A DNA stretch of 64,000 nucleotides from Camelus dromedarius. Lineage: Eukaryota. The notes below the pieces were generated by a model. It was not told the origin of the DNA, searched no databases, and was given only the letters and a program-made list of their open reading frames with translations. A program made the position numbers and the translations under genes. Below, piece by piece: positions 1 to 14,193 of this stretch (position 1 is its first letter; every line of letters starts with the position of its first letter). The DNA lies in the NCBI RefSeq assembly GCF_036321535.1, contig NC_087437.1:99884001-99948000 (forward strand), read 5' to 3'.

Positions 1-3000
1 ATGACTGTAGGTTTTTAGCTTCTCAATAAACTCGCTGTGTTTTACTCACCTGGCACTGTTCCTGGCAATTAGTGGTCCCAGAAAGTGTTTATTTAGCAGA
101 ACCAGAAACTACATTCTTCACACAATTTATCTTGCTATTTAGTCTGGCGAAAAAAAATTGAAAATGCAGAACACATTCAATTATTCCACAGATAAAAAAG
201 TTTAACACCTGTTGTTACTAGTACGACACATATAACTACTTTTATTTCTATCTTGTACCTTTCTTGAATGTTGTAGCAGGTTTTGGGTATGTATATGAAT
301 TGCTCAACTGGTTTGAAATGAATAATTCCATCATATTCTTTTTTCTTATAAACCCAAATACTAACTTTGTTGAGCTGACCTAAAATCAAATTAAGAAAGG
401 GTTTCTTTCATGAGAGATGGCCTTTGCCCCATTTAAATAATCATCAACAAAATATGTTGGTCACTTAAACTGATCCTCTATTTTGCAAAAGAAGAATTAT
501 TTTCATGAGACATTGAGACTGAACCAAAGAAAAATTACCTATGAACTAGCTGTTATTTGTGAGTTAAGGGTTAATATCTTCACTTGCCTAAATTGTATTT
601 CTATGTGATTAAAAAGTTTTCAAAAAAATGTTCTCAATACTGGGAAGAAAATGCTGGAGATAAAGAGAAGGCTCTTTCTGTGAATTAATTAACAAACAAC
701 ATAGATTTAAAAAATAGATTACTGATGAATTCAAATTTTGAAGAATATTAACAGCAATCTATCTATGTTCTTTATGTTTAAGGAGCTGATAAAAATGAGG
801 ATATGTTAGACCCTAAGTTTGTAAAATTTGGCTTTTCTGCAAAACAAAAACAAAAGTGAAAAAAACAAAACAAAACAAAATTGTTCTAATCATGATTTAC
901 TAGACTAGATGTCAGATTTTTTTTGTCAAATGGACACTTCATCCAGGGATGAAATAACAGACAATACCATATAGAATTAGTGTTCAGCTGAGAGCCCACA
1001 GATCTGCTTTATAATCCTGGCCCCTGCCACTGGCGAGATGTTGGAGTTTACATAGTTGTTCCTATCTGGCCCACAGTCCGTTTTGCTGCTGCTGAGTTAT
1101 CAGATCAGGTGGTCTATCAGTTCCCCTTCTAGCTTGAAAATTCTCTCATCTTTCAGAAGACTTCAATTCTTCTTGGTGACCAAGGGCGCCTTTTAAGTTT
1201 GGTTAAAGGTTATATTTAGGATTATGCTTTTCTTTCTTTTTATTACATTAACTGATTTAGGAAAGATTTTTTTTTGCAGAACTTTGCCTAAAAGTAGATA
1301 ATAGGAAAAGAAAAAAAGGAGAAATAGATTTGTCTGGGAGTCACCACGTTTACGAATGTGAGCGTGTGTGTTATGTGCGTGCATTTTGTGTGTTCGTTTG
1401 TTTTCTTTGCTTCGTGCTTTTTGGCTCTTTAGCACTTCTCACTTCCAGAAACTTAAAAGTGCCAGAAGAACCACATTTACATGAAAAGATTTTTGGAGCA
1501 TTATTGCCAACCTTGATTTGAAGCTGGAGTTTACGAAATCTTCACAGAGCCTTTTTTTAATGAGGTTTCCAGCTTTAATAAAAAGAGTGTGGTTTCTTAA
1601 CTGAAATGACCTGCCAGAACTTTTCTAGGTTCATCCATGGTTACACTGCATATTAAAAATATTGAATAATAGATTGAAGTGGGAGCATAAGCTTTCATCT
1701 AAAAGGCAGAGCAGTTCCTCCAAGATTTTATACTCAGAAGAAGCCCTCTCAGGGCTTCTAAACAAACAACTAATAATTCTTGTTAAGTAACCTTATTTAC
1801 TACAGGTATAATTTGTGGTAGTTAACATTTTGTAAAATTGAATTTGCTTCGGTTTTGATTAAAAGTATTTATTTCAGGCTCTGTGAATAAAAGAGCTCCA
1901 GTTTAAAAAAAAAAAAAAAAGAAAGAAAGAAAGCAGATTTTGCAAGTTGCTAAAAGAAACTAGCTTTTGTTCTTAAATCCTTAAAAAATATGAAAGCATA
2001 TTTGTTTCCAGATGGAAGATCATTAACACAAAAAAAATGTGCTTTATCCATAAATATGTTTCCTTCTTAAGTTTCAGTAAGTTCACCAAAATATATAAAT
2101 TCCCTTGGAACAAATCAAAGTAAAAATGGTACGAGAGAAAAATTAAGTATTGAACTAGCTCTTTTTCTTCCCAAATCCTGGGAACGATGGGTATTATAAT
2201 TGAGAAATTGTGTCTTTGTTATTCTCATTATTTCTTTGTGCAAGATGTTTGTTAGAATGAGAATCATGCTGTCTATTGACAAAACTATGTGACAATCTGC
2301 ATAATTATGTTGCATATATGTGAGACTAGTTATGAATGATTCGATTGTTGCTCAAAGTTAGAATGTCTTTATTTTCAAAAAGCCAGTGACTATGAAATGA
2401 ATGGAATTGTTTGGGGCAGTGAAAATATTTTCAGACTGCAGAATTAGACTGCCGGTATCAAAAGGTCTGAGGCTGAGTAAGGTGATTTATCTCTGTCTAT
2501 TAATGATAGAAGCGAAATAAAAGAATCTGCACAAACACAACAGTGTAAGTCACCACTAAGTATGGTGTAACTTAAATTATTTCTATTCAAGTGCATTTAA
2601 AGTGTCAATTAATTGCCTCCATTTCAAATGCACACCTTTTCCCCAATTATCAAATTAAAATTTGAGCTGAATCAGTGAGCACAATGATAGTGTAATTATA
2701 TTAATCCACATGAAATAAACAGTGAGGAAGTGTTTGTGCAGATGGGCACCTGAGTCTGTCACCTCCAGGCATAGCCAATGACAAGTATCATTCTCTAGGT
2801 AAATAAAATTGCTTTATTTTACTGTCACTGCAGCATCCCTCCATTTAAAGATAGGAGAATGAGTTGAGATAGAGAGATTGAAGGGAATTACAGAAGGAGA
2901 AACTGCAGACGCAGATGTATTTTTTTTCTAAGGGCACCAGGTGTTTTAAATGCCACCAGAAGGGTGCTCCAGGCAATTCCGTGCTGTCCAAGATAGCTTG

Positions 3001-6000
3001 GCATAGATTATCTGAAAGCTTTTGTGTCTTTTCAGCTTTTGATTAAAGGCCAGTGTCAGGACTCCTCTGGGCTTTTGCTTGGTACAGTAAAGCCGAGGGA
3101 TTTTTTTTTTTTAAGCTGCTGCCAAAAAGATGCCAGTTAGGATAATTACATTTCAATTTAAATTGGTAATTTTATGAAAATTTAAACCAGGATATGTGCC
3201 GCCCAAATCTCTTCACTTTCATTCCTCCCAAACATGCACACACACACCCCTCTTGTTTTGGGGGAGACAATAACAGTAGCCCACCAGAACCTTCCCATGA
3301 CCCAGAGCTGTGTGCCAGGAATTAAACAGATGAGAGAAAACTGAACAGAGCCTATTTCCTCCGCCTAAATGTATTTTCGAGCTTGGATTTATCACGAGTG
3401 TACATTGGAACCATCCCAGGGCATCCTAGCTTCCAGTATCTTTTTCCCGTGGACGCCAGCACAAGCAGCTTTAGACCATAACTGCAGTATTTAGGACATT
3501 GTTTTCCATTCACAGTCGAGCTTTGTATTTGTGAACAGGATGTCGAAAAGGAATCAAACCTACTTAGAGTCTCTCACCCTCTTGGTGAAAAGAGTGGGGA
3601 CACAAGTGGCGAGATGAACCCTGAGTTTTCTGTCTGCCACTTTCTTTTTCCAGGACACATACGCAAGCTTGGCAGCACCAACAAAGTGGAAGTAATGTTC
3701 CTTTGTTTAGAATGCAGTGTGTACGAATATTTACATAATAAAATACACACACAAATAACAGATGGTGAAGAGCCCTCATTTCGCCACATGTTGTAAGCAC
3801 GACACCGTTCCTTGATGATCTCATTTCTCTTACTTCTGCCTACAGATGTCTACCAGCTATTTAACCTCAGGGGTTATTCAGATGGTGAAAGGTTTGAAGA
3901 CAGGCACAAATCTGTCTGCAGAATTTTCCTCTTCCATCAGGTGTAAATGCCCTTTCTTCCGGGTAGAGTTATCAAGCTACAAAAACGCTTTATTCTATCT
4001 AAGGGACTGAATAATAAACGCCTTTCTCATGACACTTGTTGGGCAGATAGTGTCTACAAAAGAGAACAATAAATACTGTCAATATGCTGACTTTGAAAGA
4101 GGTCTTTTCCCTCTAACCTTTTGTTCTGGGCAGAAAGTGGCTTATTAATAATCTTGGTTATTAAAAGAATAGCCTTCTGTAACAAAAGTGAAGAAGGGCC
4201 TTCTGAAATGAATAGAAGTCTCCCAGATGCTGTTTGCTCACATGTCCAATCTGTAATTAGAGTTAAGCCTCGAATGTGTGGTAATAGATACGTTGTATAG
4301 AATTAACCACCACTTCCCTCCCTAATTTACACTTAGATAACACGTTTCCTCCCAAAAGCACAAATTACATTCCTTTTAATTAGCTCCCAATGTCCTTTAT
4401 TAAAGTACACTGAGAATGTGCATTATTAACCTATTAATATATGAACACACATTATGCAAAAGCACATAATCATTAATTAAATATTGCAACACATAAGGAG
4501 ACAGCATGCCCATTTTACAGAAATGGATTCATGTTAAATTATTTGGACAATAATCTATCTAGAAAAAGAATCCATGTTGATCTGTCTCGGATTCATGTCC
4601 TTCCAAGAGGACATATCCTTGACTAAATTCTCTTATTACTTCTTAAGGTGAATTATAAAATTTTAAACAATAATTGTTTAAAAAAAAGTGATGCGCTTAA
4701 TCCAATTAGAGTTTTAATTTAGGCAAATCTCATGTTTTAACAAGTACATATATCTCACATTTTACATATGGGGGCATGTAATAAGAACTTAATATTGGCA
4801 CAAGTATAAGCCAACAAATACGGATATTAAAAACAATCTGCCTAACATTATCTCAAGAAAAGAATCATGAACAATATTCACAATGGCTGCAAACAATCTT
4901 ATATTTCAGTGAATACTCAGAAAATAATATTCATAAATAGGTATGGTGACTGGCTGGAATGTGAAGGACAACAGTTCAAAAATCAATCCTTTTTGGAAAA
5001 GGAGAGCAAATAACAAAGAAAAGCCATATTCCTGAGGGCTGACTAAGGGATACTCGATAACATTGAACACAGGCATATTCCAGAGTTAGCTGACTCTCCA
5101 ATCACAATCAGAAGGAACCGTTACAGATCAAGGAAGGAATGATAGGAGAGTAAAGAAGAGGAGAAAAGAACAGATTGTTAGACGGTTGGACAAGGTGATA
5201 AAAGGACCTTCTCCTTTACAAGGAACTTTGGGCAAAGGAATAAAAACGGAAGAGCAATGAAAAGCTTGTAGGAGCAAAAAAAGAAAAACAAAAGTTGATA
5301 AGCTGGCAGAAGCTACCAGCATCTGAGAAGAATTGTAATTCCCAAGAAAGTACTATATACTTAGACAATTGCAGATGTCACAAGAGGAGGAAAATCTATG
5401 TTTCTGAGGATAGGTACCCAGGTAAAGATTTCACTTGCTTATTTTAGTCACTTCATGGTGGGTTTTCTCACATGGTAAGAAGCAGTAGACTCTTACCCTA
5501 ATCTGGATCTTCCCCTGTCTTCTGCACTCCCCTCGTTTTGTGCAGTTCCACATGCTTCTGTCACCAATGCACCCTTCTTTCTTTTATCTGGTATAGCCAA
5601 CAACTGGGATGAAACATTCATGGTAGACTATTCCTTTTGGTGTGTACCTAAGGAAAGCCATCACCAGCCATCGGTACAAGAGATGAAGGAAACCATGGGC
5701 TGTGACAGTGATGTGCCCAGTGCTAGATGAAATTTCACCTCTCAGCTTCTGGATTCTTTCTTGTATGGCACCTTCAGAAAAAAATAAGTTAGGCTGCTTA
5801 AGGGGTGTGTGTGAAACTCAGCAGGAATTAGATAAATTCCAAACCATAGACTGGGATCCTCCATTGAATTTGGAACCTGTACAAGTTAAAAATGAAGCAA
5901 ACCATCTTTTTCCTCTCCTTGGAGTTTTAGGGATAGCTAGCAGGAGAAGAAGTTTGCCCATTAATATCTTCACAAAAATTTGACTGCAGTATCCTTGACC

Positions 6001-6089
6001 CCGGACTGGAACTTCTCTTTCACCATCATCATTTCTCATCCTCTGCTCCATCCTCTCAATATAAGCCTCAGAGAAAGGAAGTTCCATAA

Positions 6090-6225
6090 GTAATATTTGC
6101 TGGTTGCAATGCCAAGCGCTATGCTAATTGCTTGCTAGTGTTAACTTATTTACTCTTTTCAACAATGTCCTGAAACAGGTCTGCTTATTCCCAAATCTGA
6201 AAAAGTGTGAGTTCAAGAATAGGCC
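6090..6225 (-). mobile_element. MIR SINE fragment
   Basis: 'gccaagcgctatgctaattgctt...tttactcttttcaacaatgtcctgaaacagg...attcccaaat' resembles the reverse complement of the MIR core/3' end. Confidence 0.6.
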
Positions 6226-7489
6226 TAGGAATAATCTTATTATTCTCCACCTTCCTACTACAAACTACCCTTCCTATACCAGTGCTTTAAGCACAGTCAC
6301 CCCCTACTGGAAGTCCTTGGTACTTCAGTTTCCTCAAGATTGCTCTAAGTAGAGCTTTCTCCCGGAATGCCTTCAACTCCCACACACATCACACTCCCAA
6401 TGTCCACTCAATTTAATATCTGTCTCATGATCTGCTGACTTTCTGACTCTTTCCCTGGGCTATCCTTTTCACTCTAATCTTCTTTGCTTCTTCTGAATTC
6501 CAAAAGCATTTATTACATTTTTGGCTCCTTATTTCATAATTGCCTCTGTAACTTCAAGATAGAGCTGAAATTCTAACTTTTTTTTTCTTTTTTTTTTTTT
6601 TAAACATTTCCAGCATCTAAAACTGAACTTACTTATTGGTTAATCACAATTGTGAATTCTTGGCAATATGATATAGAGTGTTTGAATTGCAAAATTAAGG
6701 TGTGAAATTTTCACATTGCATTGGTCCGTATAAGATGAAAAGTTTTATTTAAAGGACACAAACTAATGGCTAGTTATTGTCTGGTGACAGGAACTATCCC
6801 ATCTTCTAGATGATAGTTACACACGCGAGTGTGTGCATACACACACACAGGGAACACAAAGATATACAACCCAAAATACCACGGATCTCTTCAACAGAAG
6901 TAGAAATATTGACAATTAATGGAAATTAGTTGATTTGTTATATTGACATTTTCTTTGTACCTGATTAAAATTAAGGATTGCTTTATTTGTTTTTAGTCTC
7001 TTCTTGGTTTTTACTTTTTAAAATATTTTCTTATTTCTTTCCTTGATATCTTTTCTTGGCGGTGTTCCTTTTCCATCATTTATTTCTAATGAAGCCTTCT
7101 CCAGACACTACTTGATCTAAATTTCTGGAGTTCTGCTGGCAATTACATTGAAAAAGTAATGTTTGAGGTTGCCTTGTGGCTCTGCTGCCCAGTTGTTATG
7201 TAATAACGCATCTATCTACAGAACCACTACTCTTTATATATTTGTTTTTTATATATAAAATAATGGTTACCTATGGAAAACTGTAGCTGTCTTCAATGTA
7301 GAGCCCAAGATAAAACTTCGAAACTCAGGGTGAACTGAATTCAAAAATCCGTTTGTTTTCACTGCCCTGCCTTACCGCCAATATTGGCAATAAATTCCAT
7401 TCTGAGACATAACCTCAGGCAGAAACTTTAACTCTAGTAGACGTTATCAGAGCTGTAGGGTCCCCTTGCTTCCAAGCATGCATCTTATG

Positions 7490-7997
7490 CTGTACATTTT
7501 AGATTTGCTCCCCCCAAATCAATTCCCTACACTTCTCCAGCATTTCCTACCCTGTTCTACACCCAAGACGGTCTCTATAGATCACAGCCTTATGACTTTC
7601 TTTCTCTGTACTTGCAGTTGGTTCAGCTACGGGAGACAAGGGAGGTGAAAGGAGTGAGGCGTAGGAGTGTTTGGTCCCCTGACTCCCTCCTTGCTTGGCT
7701 GAGGGTTAGCAGAGGTGGCGTTCTCTGATCAAAAGGCATTTGAGGGCAGATGTACTGTTCCTGAAGTTACTGCTCTCATAAACTTTCAATGACTGCTCCT
7801 TCTCCTCACCTCTTTAGTCTCAGGAGTAATGATAAAGGCTTTCCAACGTTTCTAGCCATTAGATCCTCACCACAACTCATCAGTTACCCTGGATGCTCTG
7901 TCTCTGTGCCATGGAGAGAAAGTCTGTTCATTCAACTCGTTTCTATCTCCTCGTTCCTACTGAACTACCTGCTTCCTTCTGAACACTCATTGATACT
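7490..7997 (+). mobile_element. Old ERVL solo LTR (LTR33/LTR16-like)
   Basis: 'ctttagtctcaggagtaatgataaaggctttccaacgtttctagcc' and the ending 'gcttccttctgaacactcattgatac' resemble LTR33/LTR16 3' halves. Confidence 0.6.
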
Positions 7998-9512
7998 TGT
8001 GTCTTTTCTTTAAAGACATTCAGTTTTCTCTCTCATAGGCCTAATTTAATCACTGAATATTTATGGAATTAATTAGTAATAAAATAAAAAATTTTAAATA
8101 TAAGAATGGCAAAAAAAAAAAATCACCCAATCTAAGCCACAAGACCTATCCCTCTCATTCCCTCATTTCCTCTTTCTGAGACTCTACTAAGAATCCTTCT
8201 ATGCTGGATTCTCTCTTATTTTAGTCAAATAAACTGCGTTTTGCTTGTTCAAAGAAAAAAAAAGTAAAACTAATCTTGAATGCTTGAAAATATAAGCTGA
8301 AATTTTAACAGCTAGATTTTATATTCATTTAAATAACCAAGCGTTATGCTTTTTCCACAAAAACTTCTCTTAAAAATGCCACACACATAGCTAAAAGAAT
8401 GTGAAGGCAATAAAGTATTTCACAGTTGCTATGAAGTTGTGAAGCATTTCTCATATTAGTAGCTTTAAAACTAAGAGTAGAATAACATTTAATATCTGAA
8501 ATTTAGCTTTCTCAAACACATCTCATCTCCGTTCCCACCCGTTTGTTCAGAAGAATCAAACACAAAATAGTCCTCCTCAAGAGAGATGTGTGACTTGCTT
8601 CCTTCATCATTAATAGCACATTAATCACTCCACAATTGCTCTTAAACTTCAAAGGGAGAATATCTAAAGAGAGTCAGGTTTCTGAACAAATCTCTGCCTA
8701 CTTGAACTGTAAACAGGTAGAATTCTTGGAACGAAATGCCCTGTGTGCTTATTTTCTTGAGGACATCCCTTTCAGCCCTTGAAAACTTTCTCACAGACTG
8801 AATACTGATAGCATCACAGAAGAAGTATCCTTCAAGGATTCACCTTTTCCTTTTCACTCCATTCCAAGAGTAATGAAGAACACTCAAAATGCTTCATGAT
8901 CACATGGAATTCTTTAAAATAGTAGCATTAACTAAAAACTAAATGGCGTTAGTACGCGGAGACAAGTATAGAATCGGAAAGGAAAATGAAGGAACTCTTT
9001 CTTAGGTCTACGTGCCTTAGGAGCTTTGGTCTTTAATACGCCATCTCTTCCTTCGTTTCTCTCTGGATTGGTTTTTCTCCATTTGCTCCCTCCACATTCG
9101 TTGTCCCCCCTCACTGCCCCATGTGTTGCCCTGGAGACTAGCACCATACATTGTAGAACCCAGGCATTGTTGCTCCCTGGTTTCCGCCGGGACCAAAAGG
9201 CCAAAAGTCCAGGTGACACCAGCAGAGAGGACCTAGTGCACTTCTCCCCCTACTCCCTTCATGCTTCAGTTCCACGGTTTATCCATTGGTTGTGTTCCTC
9301 TGACTGCGATTTTGCTAGGCAGTGCTTCTCCTTGTCTTTGGCTCTCACATGACTTCAGTAACACTGTTTCCTCTGTTTGCCTCTTTAGGCCAAAAGGCAG
9401 TAATGGCTTCCCACTGTGTAAGTCTCCAGGTACCTCAGCATCACTTGTTGGTTCCTTTCAGGGAATTTTATCAGAGGAGGCCCCATTTCAATTCAGGATG
9501 CTGCTACATACC

Positions 9513-10651
9513 TTTTCTTTTCCTTTTTTAAATTGTGGTAAGAACACAAGATGAGATCTGCCCTCTTGACAAATTGTAAGTGCACGATACAGTGTTAAAT
9601 ATAAGTACAAAGCACTTACTAATCTTGCATAACTATAATTGTATACCCATGGAACAGCAATTCTGCATTTCTCCCTATCCCTAGCCCCTAGCAACCATCA
9701 TTCTACTCCGTTTCTATGAGTTTGGGTATTTTAGGAACTTCGTATAACCAGAATCATGAAGTATTTGCTCTTCTGTCACTGGCTTATTCTACTTAGACTG
9801 ATAGCCCCAGATTCATCCATGTTGTCAATTATGGCAAGATTTCCTTCTTTTTTAAGGCTGAATATTATTCCATTGTATGTATATACCACATTTTGTATCC
9901 ATTCATTTGTTGATGGGCATTCAGGCTGTTTCTATATCTTGGCTAATGTGAATAATTCTGCAATGAACAAAGGGGCATAGAAATCTCTTCAGTATTCTGT
10001 TTTCAATTCTTTTGGCTATATACCCAGAGGTGAGATTGCTGGATTATATGGCAGTTTTATTGTTAATTTTTTGAGGATCTTCCATACTGTTTTCTATCAT
10101 GGCTGCAACATTTTACATTTCCACTAACAGTGTATAAGAGTTCCAATTTCTCCATATCCTCAACAACATTTATTATCTTTTGTTTTTGATAATAACCATG
10201 CTAATGGATGAAGTGATATCTCATTATGGTTTTTATTTGCATTTCCCTGATGATTAATGATGTTTAACATCTTTTCATATATCTGTTGGCCATTTGTATG
10301 TCTTCTTTGAGGAAATAACTAGTCAAATGATTTATCCATTTTTAAATCAGGTTTTAAATTTGTATTCTTAAGTTGTAGGAGTTCCTTATAAATTTTGGAG
10401 AGTAACATCTTATCATATGAACAGTCTGCAAATATTTTCTCCCATTCCATAGGTTATCTTCTTATTTTGTTAATTGTGGGGGTTTTTTCTTTGTAGAAGT
10501 TTTTTAGTTTGGTGTAGTCCCACTTGTCCATTTTTTTTTTTTTTTTGCTTTTGTTGTTTGTGCTTTTGGTGTCATGTTCAAGAAATTATTGCCAAGACCA
10601 ATGCCATGAATCTTGTCCCCTGTGCTTTCTTCTAGCGATTTGACAGTTTCA
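9513..10651 (-). mobile_element. L1 3' UTR plus ORF2 C-terminus (L1MA9/L1MB-like), 5'-truncated
   Basis: T-rich tail, then 'gtggtaagaacacaagatgagatctgccctctt', 'tatacccagaggtgagattgctggattatatgg', 'tgcttttggtgtcatgttcaagaaattattgccaagacca'. Confidence 0.9.
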
Positions 10652-11964
10652 GTGATACTTCTTTCAAACACTTCACCTTACTTGTTCCAGGTACTAGTAA
10701 GTTCAGAGTCCCTGGCCACTGTTCACAGTATGCTGTAATGGATTTGATGTGTTTTTTCTGTCTAGGAGTATTTCCAGAAAACAATGGAAAAATGGTGGGT
10801 GATCAACTACTCTGGTAGCAACAAGACCTAGATTATTTTTGGCCAAAAAGGATCTCCTGAAGTTCTTAAATTTCCTCTATGTGCTACTACCTATTCACTT
10901 GCCAATCAGGTTCCCTAAGCTTTTATTGCCTTAATTTATTTCTGTGGTTAAGGTTTTAAAAGGATGAGTTCCTTTACATAGCCAGCACAATATCTAACAG
11001 CTGCCAAAATGAAGAGGGAAGCACTGTAACAGATTCATAAAAGTTTCCGTTTCTGGAGAGTAGGTGTCCACAGAAGAATTTCAAATTAGATAGAATTTGT
11101 CTCCTACCTCCTTTTCAGTTCCTTCTCATCACCCGTCGACCCCAATTCCAAGAAGTCCGTATGTGAGATGTAAGAAAGTAAACAATCTCATTTGAAGAGG
11201 AAATACACTGATGGGAAAATATAACAAAGTCATGTTTTGGGAGGAGGATAAGGGGTAGAACACCATGGTGACAGAGAGCTCACATCCTAAGTCAGTCTGT
11301 ATTAGTTGTTTTCAGTTATGCTTTGTCCCTTTGATGAACTTTGTCTGATAGGAGAATGGAGTCCACTAGGACTAGAGTCAGTCAAACAAATCTTTCTGGT
11401 CTCCTTTTATCTCTAAACACAATGAGGTCAAGGGAACCCGTTACAGTTGTGAGCCTATGGTAGACTTGCCACATATATCATTAGACCATTGGTGAGTAAA
11501 TTCTCTTCCTCTGCAGCTGGGTTCAGAGCTCCTAGACAGGTAACAAAGACAAGATCTAAACTGAAGACATCTGAAACCAGCAGACTGGTGAACAGAGATA
11601 CTGTTCAGGCCAGAGTATACTACAAGGAAAAAGGAAAGGCAAATCCCTAATATGACTTTTCTAAAAAATAAAATTATTCTCCATATTGTCAGCATACAGT
11701 ACCCTCCTCTTTCTTGTTCCTTGCCTGTGCGATACTCCAGGGGCCCTTAAGCACTTCTGTTTAATATTTTCCCACTCATTGATGTTTGCATTATCATTTA
11801 CAGTTTGTTCTGCTTTCTGTGCAGCATCTACACCATTACTGATCTTTGAAAACACAGTAGCACGATTTTCATTCCACAGGTTCACATAAAGCTAATTAAG
11901 CCCTCCAAAGTAGAAGAAGGTCATACAATAAAAATATAGTATAGCAATATCTATTACTAGAAGA

Positions 11965-12172
11965 AGTGACATGTAATGTTGAAGAGCCCAGAGTCTGGAA
12001 CCATGCTGCCTTTGAATCCTGGCACTACTACATACTAGGTTTGTAACTTAGAGCAAATTACTTAACTTTTGTGTGTATCAGTTTCATACTCTGTAAAATG
12101 AAGACAATGGTGATACTTGCCTCAATGTGTCATTTAAGTATTCGATTAGAACAGTGCCTGATAATTGTAAGC
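11965..12172 (+). mobile_element. MIR SINE
   Basis: 'gagtctggaaccatgctgcctttgaatcctggc...gagcaaattacttaacttttgtgtgtatcagtttcatactctgtaaaatg...agaacagtgcctg'. Confidence 0.85.
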
Positions 12173-12471
12173 AGAGGGGTAAAAATGGTATAGAAGGCCT
12201 TGGACCAACCCATAACACCAATATTATGATTGGCTCCTTCAGAATAAAGACTAAAGCCTTAGCCTAATTTTGTCTGATGGCACCCCCAACTTCTAACTTT
12301 AGGGAAGATGCTAGAATGAAAGTCTTCAATATGTTTGTGCTACCTGAACATACCTGCCAGGCAACCCTAGAGCAAGGAACATAAGAAGAGTGAAACTGGG
12401 GGAGCTTGTGGCCATGAAGTGTATTCTAGCATCTTCCTGATTTCCTATACCCATTACCAAGGCCCTTGCGG

Positions 12472-12580
12472 AATATTTATAAATATTTATAAAGCATTTA
12501 TAAAATGCATTTTATATTAAAATCTTATATATATATATTTATAAATATACATTTAAGAATTTGTGTATAAAATATTTATG
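12472..12580. repeat. AT-rich low-complexity tract (ATAAATATTT-like units)
   Basis: 'aatatttataaatatttataaagcatttataaaatgcattttatattaaaatcttatatatatatatttataaatatac'. Confidence 0.7.
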
Positions 12581-13217
12581 CACTAAAGGGACTTGACCAC
12601 TAAACAACCAGGGTTTATATTTCCCAGTGTGGCATGATTCCTCCTGAGAGAATCAAGGAACAGCAGGCCCATGGGAAGAACTCATTATACAAGTTGGGGT
12701 AGTGCCTCTCATTTTCCTCCCTCTTCTCCTCTAGTCCCACCAAGTTATGAAAAAAAGAATTGAGGCCATTGTACACTCTCCTTATTCTAATACCGCCTGA
12801 TCTTGAGAAGGGATCAATTGCAAAGGATCATGTGAACTGAGTTTGGAATAGTGAGGTGAGATCGGAGAATCTGTCTTGGGAAGGATTCAATTTCATAGGC
12901 CCTATTGATTTGCTTAGGAGATATGAAACACGGCAAACCTATGAACGGTTAGAAAATATATAGCAGATCCAAACTGGGAGAAATCACTTTTCCCAAGGGG
13001 TAACGCCTTAAAAATTGAGAAGCTGGAGATCACTTGTAAAGATTAAAAGAGAGTTTTGTAAACTCAACAAGGACACTGAAAGAGCAACATGCAGACTACT
13101 ACGGGTGTGTGAGCTCAGAGAGTGATTTTGTCTCATTGTGTATTTTGGGAAGAGACTATGGACAAAAAGTTTAATATTATGAGATTTATAGAGTAGCCTG
13201 CTACACAGAAGACAAAG

Positions 13218-13222
<5 letters not shown>

Positions 13223-13276
<54 letters not shown>
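13223..13276 (+). repeat. (GA)27 microsatellite
   Basis: Perfect GA dinucleotide run of 54 bp. Confidence 0.98.
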
Positions 13277-13280
<4 letters not shown>

Positions 13281-14095
13281 TACTGGATGAAATTAAAATC
13301 CAGGGGTCAACACCCAAATTTAAACTGAGATATGAGCTGGAGGTTTTACAAGTGGTGTGTGTGTTTGTGTGTGTGTGCAGCTTGATTTACTTTATATCGA
13401 ACATATATTGCCTTCATAATAATAATTCTTTTTAAAATGTCTGATAAAACATGGGAACATTTTCCAAACCAAGTGGGAATATCAGAAAAAGTAAAATATA
13501 AGTAAAATGCATGAGTCTTGGAGTTGACTCAGTTTCACTGGGTTCTTAGTAAACACTCAACTATCAACAAGAATGGTCAGGGCTCAGTTTCACTGACCCC
13601 TGCAAGGACAGTATCAAGATTATTACCTAGCATAAGTTGAAAGGACCATTTGATCTATCAAAACAATGTCCTACCTAAATTACTGCAGATTATTCTGGAG
13701 CAATCAGCTGGAAAGTGCCCTGAAATAAATATAATTTAGACTCAGTTACACTGGAATTTAATGTCAAACCAAGGTAGCATATGAGCAAACTGCAATCACT
13801 TTTCTAAAATACAAAGAAGTATATTGAACCTTGAATATTGTGAAAGGTGCTTTGTGGAGGTATGGCTACATATCCCTCCAAACCATATAAAATAGCAAAC
13901 CAAATGTTTGATCAAAATATAGGACTTTTGAAGTTCCATCATGCAAAGAGACAACCTCTACTCCTTTGGTCTGCATATTTCCTTTCTCTTTGTACGTAGC
14001 TACATACATTGCCAGTGTGACCCTGATATCTCCTCTCAAAACCCTGTTCCAAGTTTGAATTCCCTTGTTGTGCCTTTTGTGTTACATCAATAATA

Positions 14096-14193
14096 GGGAA
14101 GAGAAGGGAAGAGAAAGGAAGAAAGAAAGAAAAGGAAAGGAAAGGAGAGGAAATGAAAAGAAAAGAAAAAAGGGGAAAAAAAGAAAAGGAAAG
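14096..14193 (+). repeat. Polypurine GAAA/GGAAA low-complexity tract
   Basis: 'gggaagagaagggaagagaaaggaagaaagaaagaaaaggaaaggaaagg...'. Confidence 0.9.

Noticed and set aside
1886..1932. AATAAA followed by an A16 run, suggesting a retrocopy tail or gene 3' end
   Set aside because: No TSD and no recognisable upstream mRNA; genomic A runs are frequent in this window
5702..6087. Overlapping 93-aa and 89-aa ORFs
   Set aside because: No recognisable protein in the frames I read, and no TSD, poly(A) or convincing splice pair
11298..13350. Possible very old LTR-derived sequence around the MIR and (GA)n
   Set aside because: The composition is suggestive, but I could not assign termini or a family
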